Shown: positions 15,215-28,765, counted from the stretch's first letter. The stretch: DNA of 64,000 nt from Eledone cirrhosa (GCA_964016885.1 OZ024763.1:29202001-29266000); one strand, 5' to 3'. Made by a program: numbers and translations. Notes: generated by a model not told the origin, from the letters alone.

Positions 15215-17165
15215 AACCAGCTAGCCAGCCACACTATTCCATCTCTATATAGAGAGCCAGCCAGCCAGCCACACTATTCCATCTCTATATAGAGAGCTGG
15301 CCAGCCAGCCACACTATTCCATCTCTATATAGAGAGCTAGCCAGCCAGCCACACTATTCCATCTCTATATAGAGAGCTAGCCAGCCAGCCACACTATTCC
15401 ATCTCTATATAGAGAGCCAGCCAGCCAGCCACACTATTCCATCTCTATATAGAGAGCTAGCCAGCCAGCCACACTATTCCATCTCTATATAGAGAGCCAG
15501 CCAGCCACACTATTCCATCTCTATATAGAGAGCCAGCCAGCCACACTATTCCATCTCTATATAGAGAGCTAGCCAGCCAGCCACACTATTCCATCTCTAT
15601 ATAGAGAGCCAACCAGCCACACTATTCCATCTCTATATAGAGAGCCAGCCAGCCACACTATTCCATCTCTATATAGAGAGCCAGCCAGCCACACTATTCC
15701 ATCTCTATATAGAGAGCCAGCCAGTCGCACTATTCCATCTCTATATAGAGAGCCAGCCAGCCAGCCACACTATTCCATCTCTATATAGAGAGCCAGCCAC
15801 ACTATTCCATCTCTATATAGAGAGCCAGCCAGCCAGCCACACTATTCCATCTCTATATAGAGAGCCAGCCACACTATTCCATCTCTATATAGAGAGCCAG
15901 CCAGCCAGCCACACTATTCCATCTCTATATAGAGAGCCAGCCAGCCAGCCACACTATTCCATCTCTATATAGAGAGCTAGCCAGCCGGCCACACTATTCC
16001 ATCTCTATATAGAGAGCTAGCCAGCCACACTATTCCATCTCTATATAGAGAGCCAGCCAGCCAGCCAGCCACACTATTCCATCTCTATATAGAGAGCCAG
16101 CCACCCAGCCACACTATTCCATCTCTATATAGAGAGCCAGCCACCCAGCCACACTATTCCATCTCTATATAGAGAGCCACCCAGCCACACTATTCCATCT
16201 CTATATAGAGAGCCAGCCAGTCAGCCACACTATTCCATCTCTATATAGAGAGCTAGCCAGCCAGCCACACTATTCCATCTCTATATAGAGAGCTAGCCAC
16301 CCAGCCACACTATTCCATCTCTATATAGAGAGCCAGCCACCCAGCCACACTATTCCATCTCTATATAGAGAGCCAGCCAGCCACACTATTCCATCTCTAT
16401 ATAGAGAGCTAGCCAGCCACACTATTCCATCTCTATATAGAGAGCTAGCCAGCCACACTATTCCATCTCTATATATAGAGCCAGCCAGCCACACTATTCC
16501 ATCTCTATATAGAGAGCTAGCCAGCCACACTATTCCATCTCTATATATAGAGCCAGCCAGCCACACTATTCCATCTCTATATAGAGAGCCAGCCAGCCAC
16601 ACTATTCCATCTCTATATAGAGAGCAAGCCAGCCACACTATTGCATCTATATATAGAGAGCCAGCCAGCCACACTATTCCATCTCTATATAGAGAGCTAG
16701 CCAGCCACACTATTCCATCTCTATATAGAGAGCTAGCCAGCCACACTATTCCATCTCTATATAGAGAGCCAGCCAGCCACACTATTCCATCTCTATATAG
16801 AGAGCTAGCCAGCCACACTATTCCATCTCTATATAGAGAGCTAGCCACCCAGCCACACTATTCCATCTCTATATAGAGAGCCAGCCACCCAGCCACACTA
16901 TTCCATCTCTATATAGAGAGCCAGCCAGCCACACTATTCCATCTCTATATAGAGAGCCAGCCAGCCACACTATTCCATCTCTATATAGAGAGCTAGCCAG
17001 CCACACTATTCCATCTCTATATAGAGAGCCAGCCAGCCACACTATTCCATCTCTATATAGAGAGCCAGCCAGCCACACTATTCCATCTCTATATAGAGAG
17101 CTAGCCAGCCACACTATTCCATCTCTATATAGAGAGCTAGCCAGTCAGCCACACTATTCCATATA
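15215..17165. repeat. Minisatellite, ~50 units of 32-44 bp: ccacactattccatctctatatagagag + (gcca/gcta)n
   Basis: Invariant core contains the 14-bp palindrome tctctatatagaga; unit length varies in 4-bp steps. Confidence 0.97.
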
Positions 17166-17195
17166 TGCAGCCAACCAAACAGTCTCTATTCCATT

Positions 17196-17678
17196 CTGCA
17201 AGTACCGGTCGCTCTCCGACAGGTTTGCGGTCGTGCCCTTGGCAGTGGAGACTTCTGGTGTCCTCGGCCATAGGGCTACCTCCCTACTCACCACCATAGG
17301 CACTGAGCTGGCTACCTGAAGCAGTGGAGACTTCTGATGTCCTCGGCCATAGGGCTACCTCCCTACTCACCACCACAGGCGCTGAGCTGGCCTGCCGCAG
17401 GTGTGAGCCTCGCGATCTGGAATGGCATCTTCCAGCGCATCTCCTTTACCGTCCTATGGGGAAACGCCTTCTCCATTCTGACCACCGGGGCTGTGGGAAG
17501 GCCAGCACGTGGGACCCCATTTGCTCACTATACAGAGAGATGGGGAGGGCGAGAGTGATGGAGGCGATGAGAGTGGGAGTTCGGCTCTTCCAACGTTCGG
17601 ACCATATCCTTGTGGTTATGTTTAATGTAGTTGTGTATTTCACATTATAATATGTTACGTTACAATCATGGGCCAAAC
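17196..17678 (+). mobile_element. 3' remnant of a CRE-like (restriction-like endonuclease) non-LTR retrotransposon
   Basis: KYRSLSDRFAVVPLAVETSGVLGHRATSLLTTIG...EPRDLEW/(frameshift)IFQRISFTVLWGNAFSIL matches the CRE-clade C-terminal pattern KY..L...F.P.A.ET.G..G / FQRLS..xxRGNA.SI; internal 79-bp duplication (17242, 17321). Confidence 0.75.
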
Positions 17679-17737
17679 TTCCATATATATATATACAGCC
17701 AGCCAACCAGAAAACAGTCGTCCAACCAGACATACAC

Positions 17738-17899
17738 AAAGCCAGACACACTAGAAGGGGAAGACCAAGGTTAACGTATGTTGATTTCCTAAGGGCAGAC
17801 ACTCGTCTCTTGAAGACGCAGGACATGGCAGCGATAATAAGGGACAGAGACCGCTGGAGAGAACTCATCCATGGATCTCGGGAATTTTACCCGCCCTAG
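17738..17899 (+). mobile_element. 3' end of a second RTE-like LINE
   Basis: Translates to KARHTRRGRPRLTYVDFLRADTRLLKTQDMAAIIRDRDRWRELIHGSREFYPP*, the RRGRP..TY.D...DT / DR..WR terminus; followed by (TA)n(GA)n. Confidence 0.75.
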
Positions 17900-17920
17900 A
17901 TATATATATATAGAGAGAGA

Positions 17921-18000
<80 letters not shown>

Positions 18001-18707
18001 TGGAGAGAGAGAATGTCGAGAAGTGACACACGAGTTGATATATATAAAAAATAGTAAAAAAGAAAAAGACAGTAGAAAATGCTAAAGGGATTTTCTCTCA
18101 GAATAACAGCAGAACTTATTTACAAAATAGGAATTTCCGCATTATTTGTACCGGTTTCAGCTTATACGCATGTTCACACGACAGAAGTGTATAATCCAAT
18201 TGAATTGCATATTAACAAAAATAATAAGAATATGAGGGGAAAATTGTTTTTACATACATATTTAGGGAGAAAAGTTCACATTTTTGTCTCTAGTTTTCTT
18301 TCTTTCTCTCTAATAGATATATCCAGCCAGAAGCCAACCGGCAGAGTAGTCACTATTCCATCCAAACATCCGCTCAGCCAACCTACCAACTAGCCAGCAA
18401 GTTTATCCGCTGGAACAATAGTGGAGATAGTTTACAAGCCGTTGTCCGTCATGTAGGCAGTTGCAGGGTTCGATTCACACAGACGTTTCACTCGCTTCCG
18501 TTCCATCTGATCACCAGCAAAATCAGAGAAAAACGAAATATGGGACATCTGTGGTTCGCGCTTTGTCATGTGACCAACTGCGCGTGTCACATGAGACAAT
18601 TGTCTACAACAACTTTTTCGGTGGTCATGACAACACCTACCTCTACCCTTTCTAAATATTAATGAAAGATATATAAACAAAACCTTAAACATCCAAATAA
18701 AAAGTAA

Positions 18708-18756
18708 CAATAACTACTACTATTACAAAATCTACTACTACTACGACTATTACTGT

Positions 18757-18806
<50 letters not shown>

Positions 18807-18992
18807 AATCTATTGCAACAACTACTATACAACAAAAACATATAATACTACTACTATTACTACAACTAAAACAACTTCTATTATAACTACTACCACATCT
18901 TTTATTACTACAACTACAACTACTATTACTATCACCACCACTAATACTATTACTACTATTACCACTACTACTAAATCAATCACAATAACATT

Positions 18993-19037
<45 letters not shown>

Positions 19038-19229
19038 CACTACTACTAAATCTGCATCAACCTCAACTACATTTACTACTACAATCACTACTACTACTAA
19101 TATTACTACTATTATAACTACTAATACAACTGCTACTATTACTACCAATAATATTACTGCTACTACCACTACTATTACTACAACTACAACAACAAATCTC
19201 ACTACTACTACTACTACTACTACTAATAT

Positions 19230-19276
<47 letters not shown>

Positions 19277-19400
19277 ATATTACTACTATTATAACTACTA
19301 ATACAAATGCTACTATTACTACCAATAATATTACTGCTACTACCACTACTATTACTACGGCTACAATTTTTATTACTACAACTACAACAACAAATCTTAA

Positions 19401-19435
<35 letters not shown>

Positions 19436-19589
19436 TTACTATTACTACTACTACTACTACTACTAATATTACTACTATTATAACTACTAATGCAACTGCT
19501 ACTATTACTACCAATAATATTACTGCTACTACCACTACTATTACTACGGCTACAATTTTTATTACTACAACTACAACAACAGATCTTAT

Positions 19590-19636
<47 letters not shown>

Positions 19637-19642
19637 TCACTA

Positions 19643-19696
<54 letters not shown>

Positions 19697-19700
19697 AACA
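18708..19700. repeat. (CTA/TTA)n array with three ~180-bp higher-order units
   Basis: Block tattataactactaat...ccaataatattactgctactaccac recurs near 19100, 19280 and 19470. Confidence 0.9.
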
Positions 19701-19949
19701 CCAACAATAGCAACAACACTAACAAGATCATATGTGATAATTATGAGGGCAGACTTTAACACTAAATGTTATAATATAGAGTCATAAAATAGTCCAGAAC
19801 TTTCTAACCCCCCCCCCCCCCCTATCTCTTCCCCCCTCTCTCTCTATTTCACTATTTATCTCCCACTCTCTCTATTGCTATCTCTTTGCATCACTAATAC
19901 ATTTATATCACCATATTGAATAATATAGAATTATGCATAAAACCATATG

Positions 19950-20026
19950 CACATATATATATATATATATATTTATATGTGTGTGTGTATATGTATATAT
20001 ATATATATACACACGCACATATGTAT

Positions 20027-20058
<32 letters not shown>

Positions 20059-20090
20059 GTATATACACATATATATGTATATATATACAT

Positions 20091-20125
<35 letters not shown>

Positions 20126-20926
20126 CGCACATATATATATACACACATATATATATATACATATATATATATACACATGTAAATATACACAAATATATAC
20201 ACAATATATATATACACATACTGAGATATATACACTATATATACATATATATATACACATATATATACACATATATATATATATACACAATATATATATA
20301 CACATACATATATATATACACTATATATACACATATATATACACATATATATACACACATATATATATACACAATATATATATACACATACAGATATATA
20401 TACACTATATATACACATATATATACACATATATATATATACACAATATATATATACACATACAGATATATATACACTATATATACACATATATATACAC
20501 ATATATATACACATATATATATATACACAATATATATATACACATACAGATATATATACACTATATATACACATATATATACACATATATATACACATAT
20601 ATATATATACACAATATATATATACACATACATATATATACACTATATATACATATATATATATATACACATATATATATACACTATATATGTGTGTATG
20701 TGTGTGTATGGATGTGTGTATGTATATGTATGTGTATATATGTATGTATGTATGTATGTATGTGTATGTATGTGTATGTATGTGTATGTATGTGTATGTA
20801 TGTGTGTATGTGTATGTATGTGTATGTATGTGTATGTATGTGTGTATGTGTATGTATGTATGTATGTATGTGTATGTGTGTGTATGTATGTGTATGTATG
20901 TGTGTATGTGTATGTATGTGTGTGTA
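19950..20926. repeat. (TA)/(CA)/(TATG) compound microsatellite with ~70-80-bp sub-units
   Basis: Directly visible. Confidence 0.92.
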
Positions 20927-21297
20927 CTAGACAGTCCAGATAATATTGTCACTGCCAACCTACATGAGTGACGCCATATTGAAGACAGCTTTTGATAACA
21001 CTAATGGTATTAGTGGTATTAGTGACTGTTAGAGACACTGTATAAGACTGACTACTACCACTGTGGCGGTGGTGGTGGTGTGATAGTGGTTGGTGGTGGT
21101 GGTGGTGGTGGTGGTGGTGGTGGTGGTGGTGGTTGTGGTGGTGGTAGCGGTGGTGTTAGTCATGGTGATGTTGGTGGTGATGGCGGTGGTAGTGGTGGTG
21201 CTGGTGTTAGTGATGGTGGTGGTGATGGTGGTGGTGGTGGTAGTGATGACAGTGGTGATGGTGGTGGTGGTGGTGGTGGTGGTGGTGGTAGCGGTGG

Positions 21298-23703
21298 TTT
21301 CACAGCTCTAGCATGCATTGATTTCAACTCTTCTTATTAATAACTGCATGTATAAAAATGAACCTCATTTGGTCATTCCATGAGAGTATCTTGATCAGCC
21401 GATGAAGGAGTCATGCTAGAGCTGTTAAATCTTGCATGCATTGATTTCAACTCTTCATATTAATAGCTGCATTGTTTCTTAACAGGAACTATGTAGAAAA
21501 ATGAACCTCATTTGGTCATTCCATGAGAGTATCTTGATCAGCCGATGAAGGAGTCATGCTAGAGCTGTTAAATCTCGCATGCATTGATTTCAACTCTTCA
21601 TATTAATAGCTGCATTGTTTCTTAACAGGAACTATGTAGAAAAATGAACCTCATTTGGTCATTCCATGAGAGTATCTTGATCAGCCGATGAAGGAGTCAT
21701 GCTAGAGCTGTTAAATCTTGCATGCATTGATTTCAACTCTTCATATTAATAACTGCATTGTTTCTTAACAGGAACTATGTAGAAAAATGAACCTCATTTG
21801 GTCATTCCATGAGAGTATCTTGGTCAGCCGATGAAGGAGCCATGCTAGAGCTGTTAAATCTTGCTTGCATAACTTCCAACTTTTCTAACTGATAACTGTA
21901 TTGTTTCTTTCCAGGGACTATGTTGTTGAAAAATAAACCATTTGGTCATTCCATGAGAGTACCTTGGTCAGCATAAAGAGTGATGCTGGGGCTGTGAAAT
22001 CTTGCATGCTTTAATTTCAACTATTCTTATTCATAACTACATTCTTTCTTTCCAGGGACTATGTTGTTGAAAAATAAACCTCATTTGGTCATTCCATGAG
22101 AGTATCTTGGTCAGCCGATGAAGGAGTTATGCTAGAGCTGTGAAATCTTGTATTCTTTAATTTCAACTCTTTTTATTAATAACTACATTGTTTCTTTCCA
22201 GTGACTATGTTGTTGAAAAAGAATCCATTTGGTCATTTCATGAGAGTATCTTGGTCAGCCGATGAAGGAGTTATGCTAGAGCTGTGAAATCTTGTATTCT
22301 TTAATTTCAACTCTTTTTATTAATAACTACATTGTTTCTTTCCAGTGACTATGTTGTTGAAAAAGGATTCATTTGGTCATTCCATGAGGGTATCTTGGTC
22401 AGCCGATGAAGGAGTTATGCTAGAGCTGTGAAATCTTGTATTCTTTAATTTCAACTCTTTTTATTAATAACTACATTGTTTCTTTCCAGTGACTATGTTG
22501 TTGAAAAAGGATCCATTTGGTCATTCCATGAGGGTATCTTGGTCAGCCGATGAAGGAGTTATGCTAGAGCTGTGAAATCTTGTATTCTTTAATTTCAACT
22601 CTTTTTATTAATAACTACATTGTTTCTTTCCAGTGACTATGTTGTTGAAAAAGGATCCATTTGGTCATTTCATGAGAGTATCTTGGTCAGCCGATGAAGG
22701 AGTTATGCTAGAGCTGTGAAATCTTGTATTCTTTAATTTCAACTCTTTTTATTAATAACTACATTGTTTCTTTCCAGTGACTATGTTGTTGAAAAAGAAT
22801 CCATTTGGTCATTTCATGAGAGTATCTTGGTCAGCCGATGAAGGAGTTATGCTAGAGCTGTGAAATCTTGTATTCTTTAATTTCAACTCTTTTTATTAAT
22901 AACTACATTGTTTCTTTCCAGTGACTATGTTGTTGAAAAAGGATCCATTTGGTCATTCCATGAGGGTATCATGGTCAGCCGATGAAGGAGTTATGCTAGA
23001 GCTGTGAAATCTTGTATTCTTTAATTTCAACTCTTTTTATTAATAACTACATTGTTTCTTTCCAGTGACTATGTTGTTGAAAAAGGATCCATTTGGTCAT
23101 TCCATGGGGGTATCTTGGTCAGCCGATGAAGGAGTTATGCTAGAGCTGTGAAATCTTGTATTCTTTAATTTCAACTCTTTTTATTAATAACTACATTGTT
23201 TCTTTCCAGTGACTATGTTGTTGAAAAAGGATCCATTTGGTCATTTCATGAGAGTATCTTGGTCAGCCGATGAAGGAGTTATGCTAGAGCTGTGAAATCT
23301 TGTATTCTTTAATTTCAACTCTTTTTATTAATAACTACATTGTTTCTTTCCAGTGACTATGTTGTTGAAAAAGGATCCATTTGGTCATTTCATGAGAGTA
23401 TCTTGGTCAGCCGATGAAGGAGTTATGCTAGAGCTGTGAAATCTTGTATTCTTTAATTTCAACTCTTTTTATTAATAACTACATTGTTTCTTTCCAGTGA
23501 CTATGTTGTTGAAAAAGAATCCATTTGGTCATTCCATGAGGGTATCTTGGTCAGCCGATGAAGGAGTCATGCTAGAGCTGTGAAATCTTGTATTCTTTAA
23601 TTTCAACTCTTTTTATTAATAACTACATTGTTTCTTTCCAGTGACTATGTTGTTGAAAAAGAATCCATTTGGTCATTTCATGAGAGTATCTTGGTCAGCC
23701 ATG
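21298..23703. repeat. 143/144-bp satellite, ~17 units, two sub-families
   Basis: catttggtc at 21366, 21509, 21652, 21795 (143-bp type A), then 21939, 22082, and every 144 bp from 22226 to 23666 (type B). Confidence 0.97.
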
Positions 23704-23934
23704 AACTTCTCAACCGAGTCTCGTATTTTAAAACCATCTAACCATGAAACATCAATATTTCTTTTTTAATTTAATTTTTAATTTTACAGGGAAAGTATAC
23801 CCAGGAGTACACTACTAAATGTGTGCCCTTTAAAAAAATAATCTCCCTGTGGGGTCGTTTACTCATTGAAGGAGATTTAGGGTTCTGTTTGTGGCTCGGA
23901 GATTGAACGTCTACACGAAAAAAGCTTTCATGAA

Positions 23935-26900
23935 TTGTTGTTGTTGTTGCTGTTGTTGTTGTTGGTGGTAATGTTGTTGATGATGATGGGGATGGTATTG
24001 TTATTGTTGTTGTAGTTACTGTTGCTATTGTTATTGTTGTTGTTGTTATTGTTATTGTTGTTGTTGGTGTTGATGTTGTTGATTTTGTTGTTGGTGGTGA
24101 TGTTGGAGGTGATGATGTTATTGATATTTTTGTTGTTGCTGTTGCTGTTGTTGTTGTTGTTGTTGTTGATGGTGATGTTGACGTTGATGATGTTGTTGTT
24201 GGTGATGATGATGGTGGTGATGGTGATGTTGTTGATGGTGATGTTTTTGTTTGTGATGTTGTTGTTGGTGGTGGTGATGTTGATTTGTTGTTGGTAGTGA
24301 TGGTGTTGATAGCAGCAATGGTGTTGGTAGTGATGTTAGTAGGGTTGATGGGGGTTGTGATGGTGATGCTGGTGGTGATGGTGGTGGTGATGTTGATGGT
24401 GATGGCCATGGTGATGGTGCTGGTAATGATGTAAGTGGAGGTGATGGTGTTGGTGGTGGAGGTGGTAGTGGTGGTTGTGGTGATGGTGGTGGTAATGGTG
24501 GGGGTGGTGGGGGTGACGATTCTAGTTGTGACTTTGGTAGTAGTGGTTGTGATGGTGGTTGTGATGGTGATGGTGTTGGTGATATTGATGGTGCTGGTGA
24601 TGGTGCTGGTAATGATGTAAGTGGAGGTGATGGTGTTGGTGGTGGAGGTGTTGGTGGTGGAGGTGGTAGTGGTGGTTGTGGTGATGGTGGTGGTAATGGT
24701 GAGGTGGTGGTGGTAACAATTATAGTTGTGACTTTGGTAGTAGTGGTTGTGATGGTGATGGTGTTGGTGGTGGAGGTGGTAGTGGTGGTTGTGGTGGTGG
24801 TGGTGGTAATGGTGCGGGTGGTGGTGGTGACGATTCTAGTTGTGACTTTGGTAGTAGTGGTTGTGATGGTGATGATGGTGGTGGTGGTGGTGGTGGTGTT
24901 GGTAGTGATGTTAGTAGGGTTGATGGTGGTTGTGATGGTGTTGGTGGTGGAGGTGGTAGAGGTGGTAGTGGTGATGGTGGTGGTGGTGGTGGTAGTGATG
25001 GTTATGGTGGTAATGGTGGTGGTGACAATTCTAGTTGTGACTTTGGTAGTAGTGGTTGTGATGGTGGTTGTGATGATGATGGTGGCGGTGGTGGTGTTGG
25101 TCGTGATGTTAGTAGGGTTGATGGTGGCTGTGATTGTGTTGGTGGTGGAGGTGGTAGTGGTTGTAGTGGTAGTGGTGGTGGTAATGATGGGGGTGGTGGT
25201 GATGGTGGTGGTAATGGTGGTGGTGGTGACAATTCTAGTTGCGACTTTGGTAGTAGTGGTTGTGATGGTGGTTGTGATGGTGATGATGGTGGTGGTGGTG
25301 GTGGTGTTGGTAGTGATGTTAGTAGGGTTGATGGTGGCTGTGATTGTGCTGGTCGTGGAGGTGGTAGTGATGGTTATGGTGATGGTGGTGGCAATTCTAG
25401 TTGCAACTTTGGTAGTAGTGGTGATGATGGTGGTGGTGGTGTTAGTAGTGATGTTAGTAGGGTTGATGGTGGCTGTGATTGTGTTGGTGGTGGAGGTGGT
25501 AGTGATGGTTATTATTGGTGGTGGTAGTGGTGGTAGTGGTGGTGGCAATTCTAGTTGCAACTTTGGTAGTAGTGGTGATGATGGTGGTGGTGGTGTTAGT
25601 AGTGATGTTAGTAGGGTTGATGGTGGCTGTGATTGTGTTGGTGGTGGAGGTGGTAGTGATGGTTATTATTGGTGGTGGTAGTGGTGGTAGTGGTGGTGGC
25701 AATTCTAGTTGCAACTTTGGTAGTAGTGGTGATGATGGTGGTGGTGGTGTTAGTAGTGATGTTAGTAGGGTTGATGGTGGCTGTGATTGTGTTGGTGGTG
25801 GAGGTGGTAGTGATGGTTATTATTGGTGGTGGTAGTGGTGGTAGTGGTGGTGGCAATTCTAGTTGCAACTTTGGTAGTAGTGGTGATGATGGTGGTGGTG
25901 GTGTTAGTAGTGATGTTAGTAGCGTTGATGGTGGCTGTGGTGGTGGTGGAGGTGGTAGTGGTGGTGGTGGAGGTGACAATACCATTCGTTGGTATCTATC
26001 CGAATTTAATGACCCATAGCAATTATTCATCTGTGACCGCCAAAATCATCGCCGACAAAACGACGGTTGGCGGGGGAGCGGGGTGTAGGAGATGGCGGGG
26101 GAGTGGAGGAGAGATACGCTATGATTACCATCATTACTACTGTTACATTGCTCTTAGTATTGTATTGCTGGTGGTGGTGGTGGTGGTGTTGATGGTGGTA
26201 AGGTCAGTGGTGGTAGTGGTGGTAGTGGTGGTGGTGGTGGTGGTGTTGATGGTGGTGAGGTCAGTGGTGGTAGTGGTGGTGTTTACGATGTAAGTGGGGG
26301 TGTGGGTGGTGATGTAAGTGGTGGTGGTGTTGGTAGTGGTGGTGGTGATGATGGTGGTGGGGTCAGTGGTGGTAGTGGTGGTGGTGATGTTGGTATTGCT
26401 GGTGGTAGTGGTGGTGGTGATGATGTATGTGGTGGTGGTGGTGGTGGTGGTGATGATTTAAGTGTTGGTGCTGTTGCTGGTGGTGGGGGTCTGTGGTGGT
26501 GGTGGCGATGATGGTGGTAGTTGTAGGTGTTGTAATAAAGTTGTTGTTGTTGTTGGTGGTGGTGGTGGTGGTGGTGGTGGTGGTGGCCGCGGTGTCATAA
26601 TGCTTAGGATACTAATCACTATGACAATGGAGGAGGAGGGAGGGGGTGACATGACAATGATGAAATAAAGGGGTGACATCAAAATGATTGGGGGGTAGGG
26701 GTGGGTGGCGTCCTTGTGGGGCTGCTTTGATTTGGGGGGGGGATGTATGTGTTGGTAGTGTGGCGGCGGCGGCGGTGGTGGTGGTGATGCTGCTGCTGTA
26801 GGTGTTGGTGGACATGGTAGGGGGTAGTGTCTGATGGTGGAGTTGTTGGTGGACGTGATAGTGGTGGTGGTGGTGGTTGGACATGATAGTGGTGGTGGCG

Positions 26901-28150
26901 GCGGTGATGGTAGCGTGCTGCTGGTGGTGGTGGTGGTGGTGGTTGGACATGATAGTGGTGGTGGCGGTGGTGATGGTAGCGTGCTGGTGGTGGTGGTGGT
27001 GGTGGTGGTTGGACATGATAGTGGTGGTGGCGGTGGTGATGGTAGCGTGCTGCTGGTGGTGGTTGGACATGATAGTGGTGGTGGCGGTGGTGATGGTAGC
27101 GTGCTGGTGGCGGTGGTGGTGGTGGTGGTTGGACATGATAGTGGTGGTGGCGGTGGTGATGGTAGCGTGCTGGTGGTGGTGGTGGTGGTGGTGGTTGGAC
27201 ATGATAGTGGTGGTGGCGGTGGTGATGGTAGCGTGCTGGTGGTGGTGGTGGTGGTGGTGGTTGGACATGATAGTGGTGGTGGCGGTGGTGATGGTAGCGT
27301 GCTGGTGGTGGTGGTGCTGGTGGTGGTGGTGGTGGTGGTGGTTGGACATGATAGTGGTGGTGGCGGTGGTGATGGTAGCGTGCTGGTGGTGGTGGTGGTG
27401 GTGGTGGTTGGACATGATAGTGGTGGTGGCGGTGGTGATGGTAGCGTGCTGGTGGTGGTGGCGGTGGTGGTGGGAGGGGTGGTGTTCCATGATGTAGGTG
27501 TTGGTGGTTATGGCAGGGCGTGGTGGTGTTTATGGTGTTGATGTGGATCTGGTGGTGTTGATGGTGGTAGTGGCTGTTTTAGTGGCAATGTTAGTAACTG
27601 CGATACTGATGTTTGTGGTAGGGGTGCTTGTGGTATTTGTGGTGGTGGTGGTGGTGGTAGTGGTAGTGGTACTGGTGGTGCTATTGGCTATTTTGAGGTG
27701 GATCTGGTGTTGGTGGTGCTGGTGGTGCTTTTAGAGGTTATGGTGGTGGTAGTGGTGGTAGTGTCTATGGTGGTGGTAGTGTTGGTGGCAGAGGCTGGTT
27801 TGGTGTCAATGCTAGTAACTGTAATACTGATGTCTGTGGTAGGGGTGTTGGCAATAATTTTACTGATGAGCGATGTTAGGTATGGTGGTGATATTACTAG
27901 TTGGCGTGATGTTGGTTATGATGGTACTGGTGGTGGTTGTTATGGTGGCCATAAGAGTAGATGGGGTGATGTTGGCTGTGGTGGTGTCGATGGGGGTGTG
28001 AATTAGGGCTCAAATTAATTGCGATAGATTGTCTGATGATGGTGATGATGACTATAATGATGATATTGGTGATAATTAATAGGAATATGATGATGATGAT
28101 GATGATGATGAAGATAATGAAAATGGTGATGACGATGACCATGATGGAGA
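23935..28150. repeat. (GTT/GGT/GAT)n low-complexity region containing higher-order minisatellites
   Basis: 154-bp units at about 25360-25975 (frame starts at 25515, 25669, 25823); ~66-bp ggttggacatgatagtggtggtggcggtggtgatggtagcgtgctg units x9 at 26870-27470. Confidence 0.9.
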
Positions 28151-28216
28151 AAATCATGTTAACGATAATGGTGATGGTAAAGATGAAATACACACGCATG
28201 CATATAAATAGAGCTA

Positions 28217-28253
<37 letters not shown>

Positions 28254-28267
28254 GTATATATATATAT

Positions 28268-28765
28268 AATAATTGTTTCTACTTTTTGGCACAAGGCCAG
28301 CAATTACCCAGTGCATTACTGGTACTTTATTTTATCGACCCCGTAAGGATGAAAGGCAAAGTCAACCTCGGCGGGATTTGAACTCAGAATGGCAAAGGCC
28401 GTAACTCTATGCGTCAAAGCATGGCGTCCGACCCTCTACCGATCATGCCAATCCACCACCATATATATAATAATAATTGTTTCTGCGTTAGGCACAGGGC
28501 CAGCAATTACCCAGTACATTACTGGTACTTTATTGTATCGACCCCGTAAGGATGAAAGGCAAAGTTAATAATAATAATTTTTTCTACTTTAGGCACAAGG
28601 CCAGCAAATTAACCAGTGTATTACTGGTACTTTATTTTATCGACCCCGTAAGGATGAAAGGCAAAGTAAACCTCGGCGGGATTTGAACTCAGACCGTAAA
28701 GGGACGTAACTATACTGGAAAGCATGGTGTCCGACCCTCTACCGATGCTGCCAATCCACCAATAA
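28268..28765 (-). mobile_element. Three tandem SINE family A copies (full, partial, full)
   Basis: Reverse-complement copies at about 28268-28460, 28475-28570 and 28578-28765. Confidence 0.92.

Noticed and set aside
16321-17114. (LYRDGIVWLAGS)n repeat protein
   Set aside because: By-product of 36-bp units; the frame is broken by every 40-bp unit.
15215-17165. CRISPR-like array (36-40-bp period, palindromic repeat)
   Set aside because: No unique spacers (linkers are only gcca/gcta multiples), no cas genes, eukaryotic context.
22100-23700. Mariner-like FFNNIVTG motif in the minus frame of the 144-bp unit
   Set aside because: Lacks the DE.W continuation, has stops, and type-A units read differently.
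24118-25681. 480-aa Thr/Pro-rich mucin-like ORF and antisense Val-rich ORF
   Set aside because: Trinucleotide low complexity; the neighbouring 154-bp unit is not a multiple of 3; no signal peptide, domain or splice support.
26612-27541. His-rich or Gly/Val/His repeat protein (cephalopod beak-protein-like)
   Set aside because: Unit is open in at least three frames and varies only by GGT slippage; no gene structure visible.
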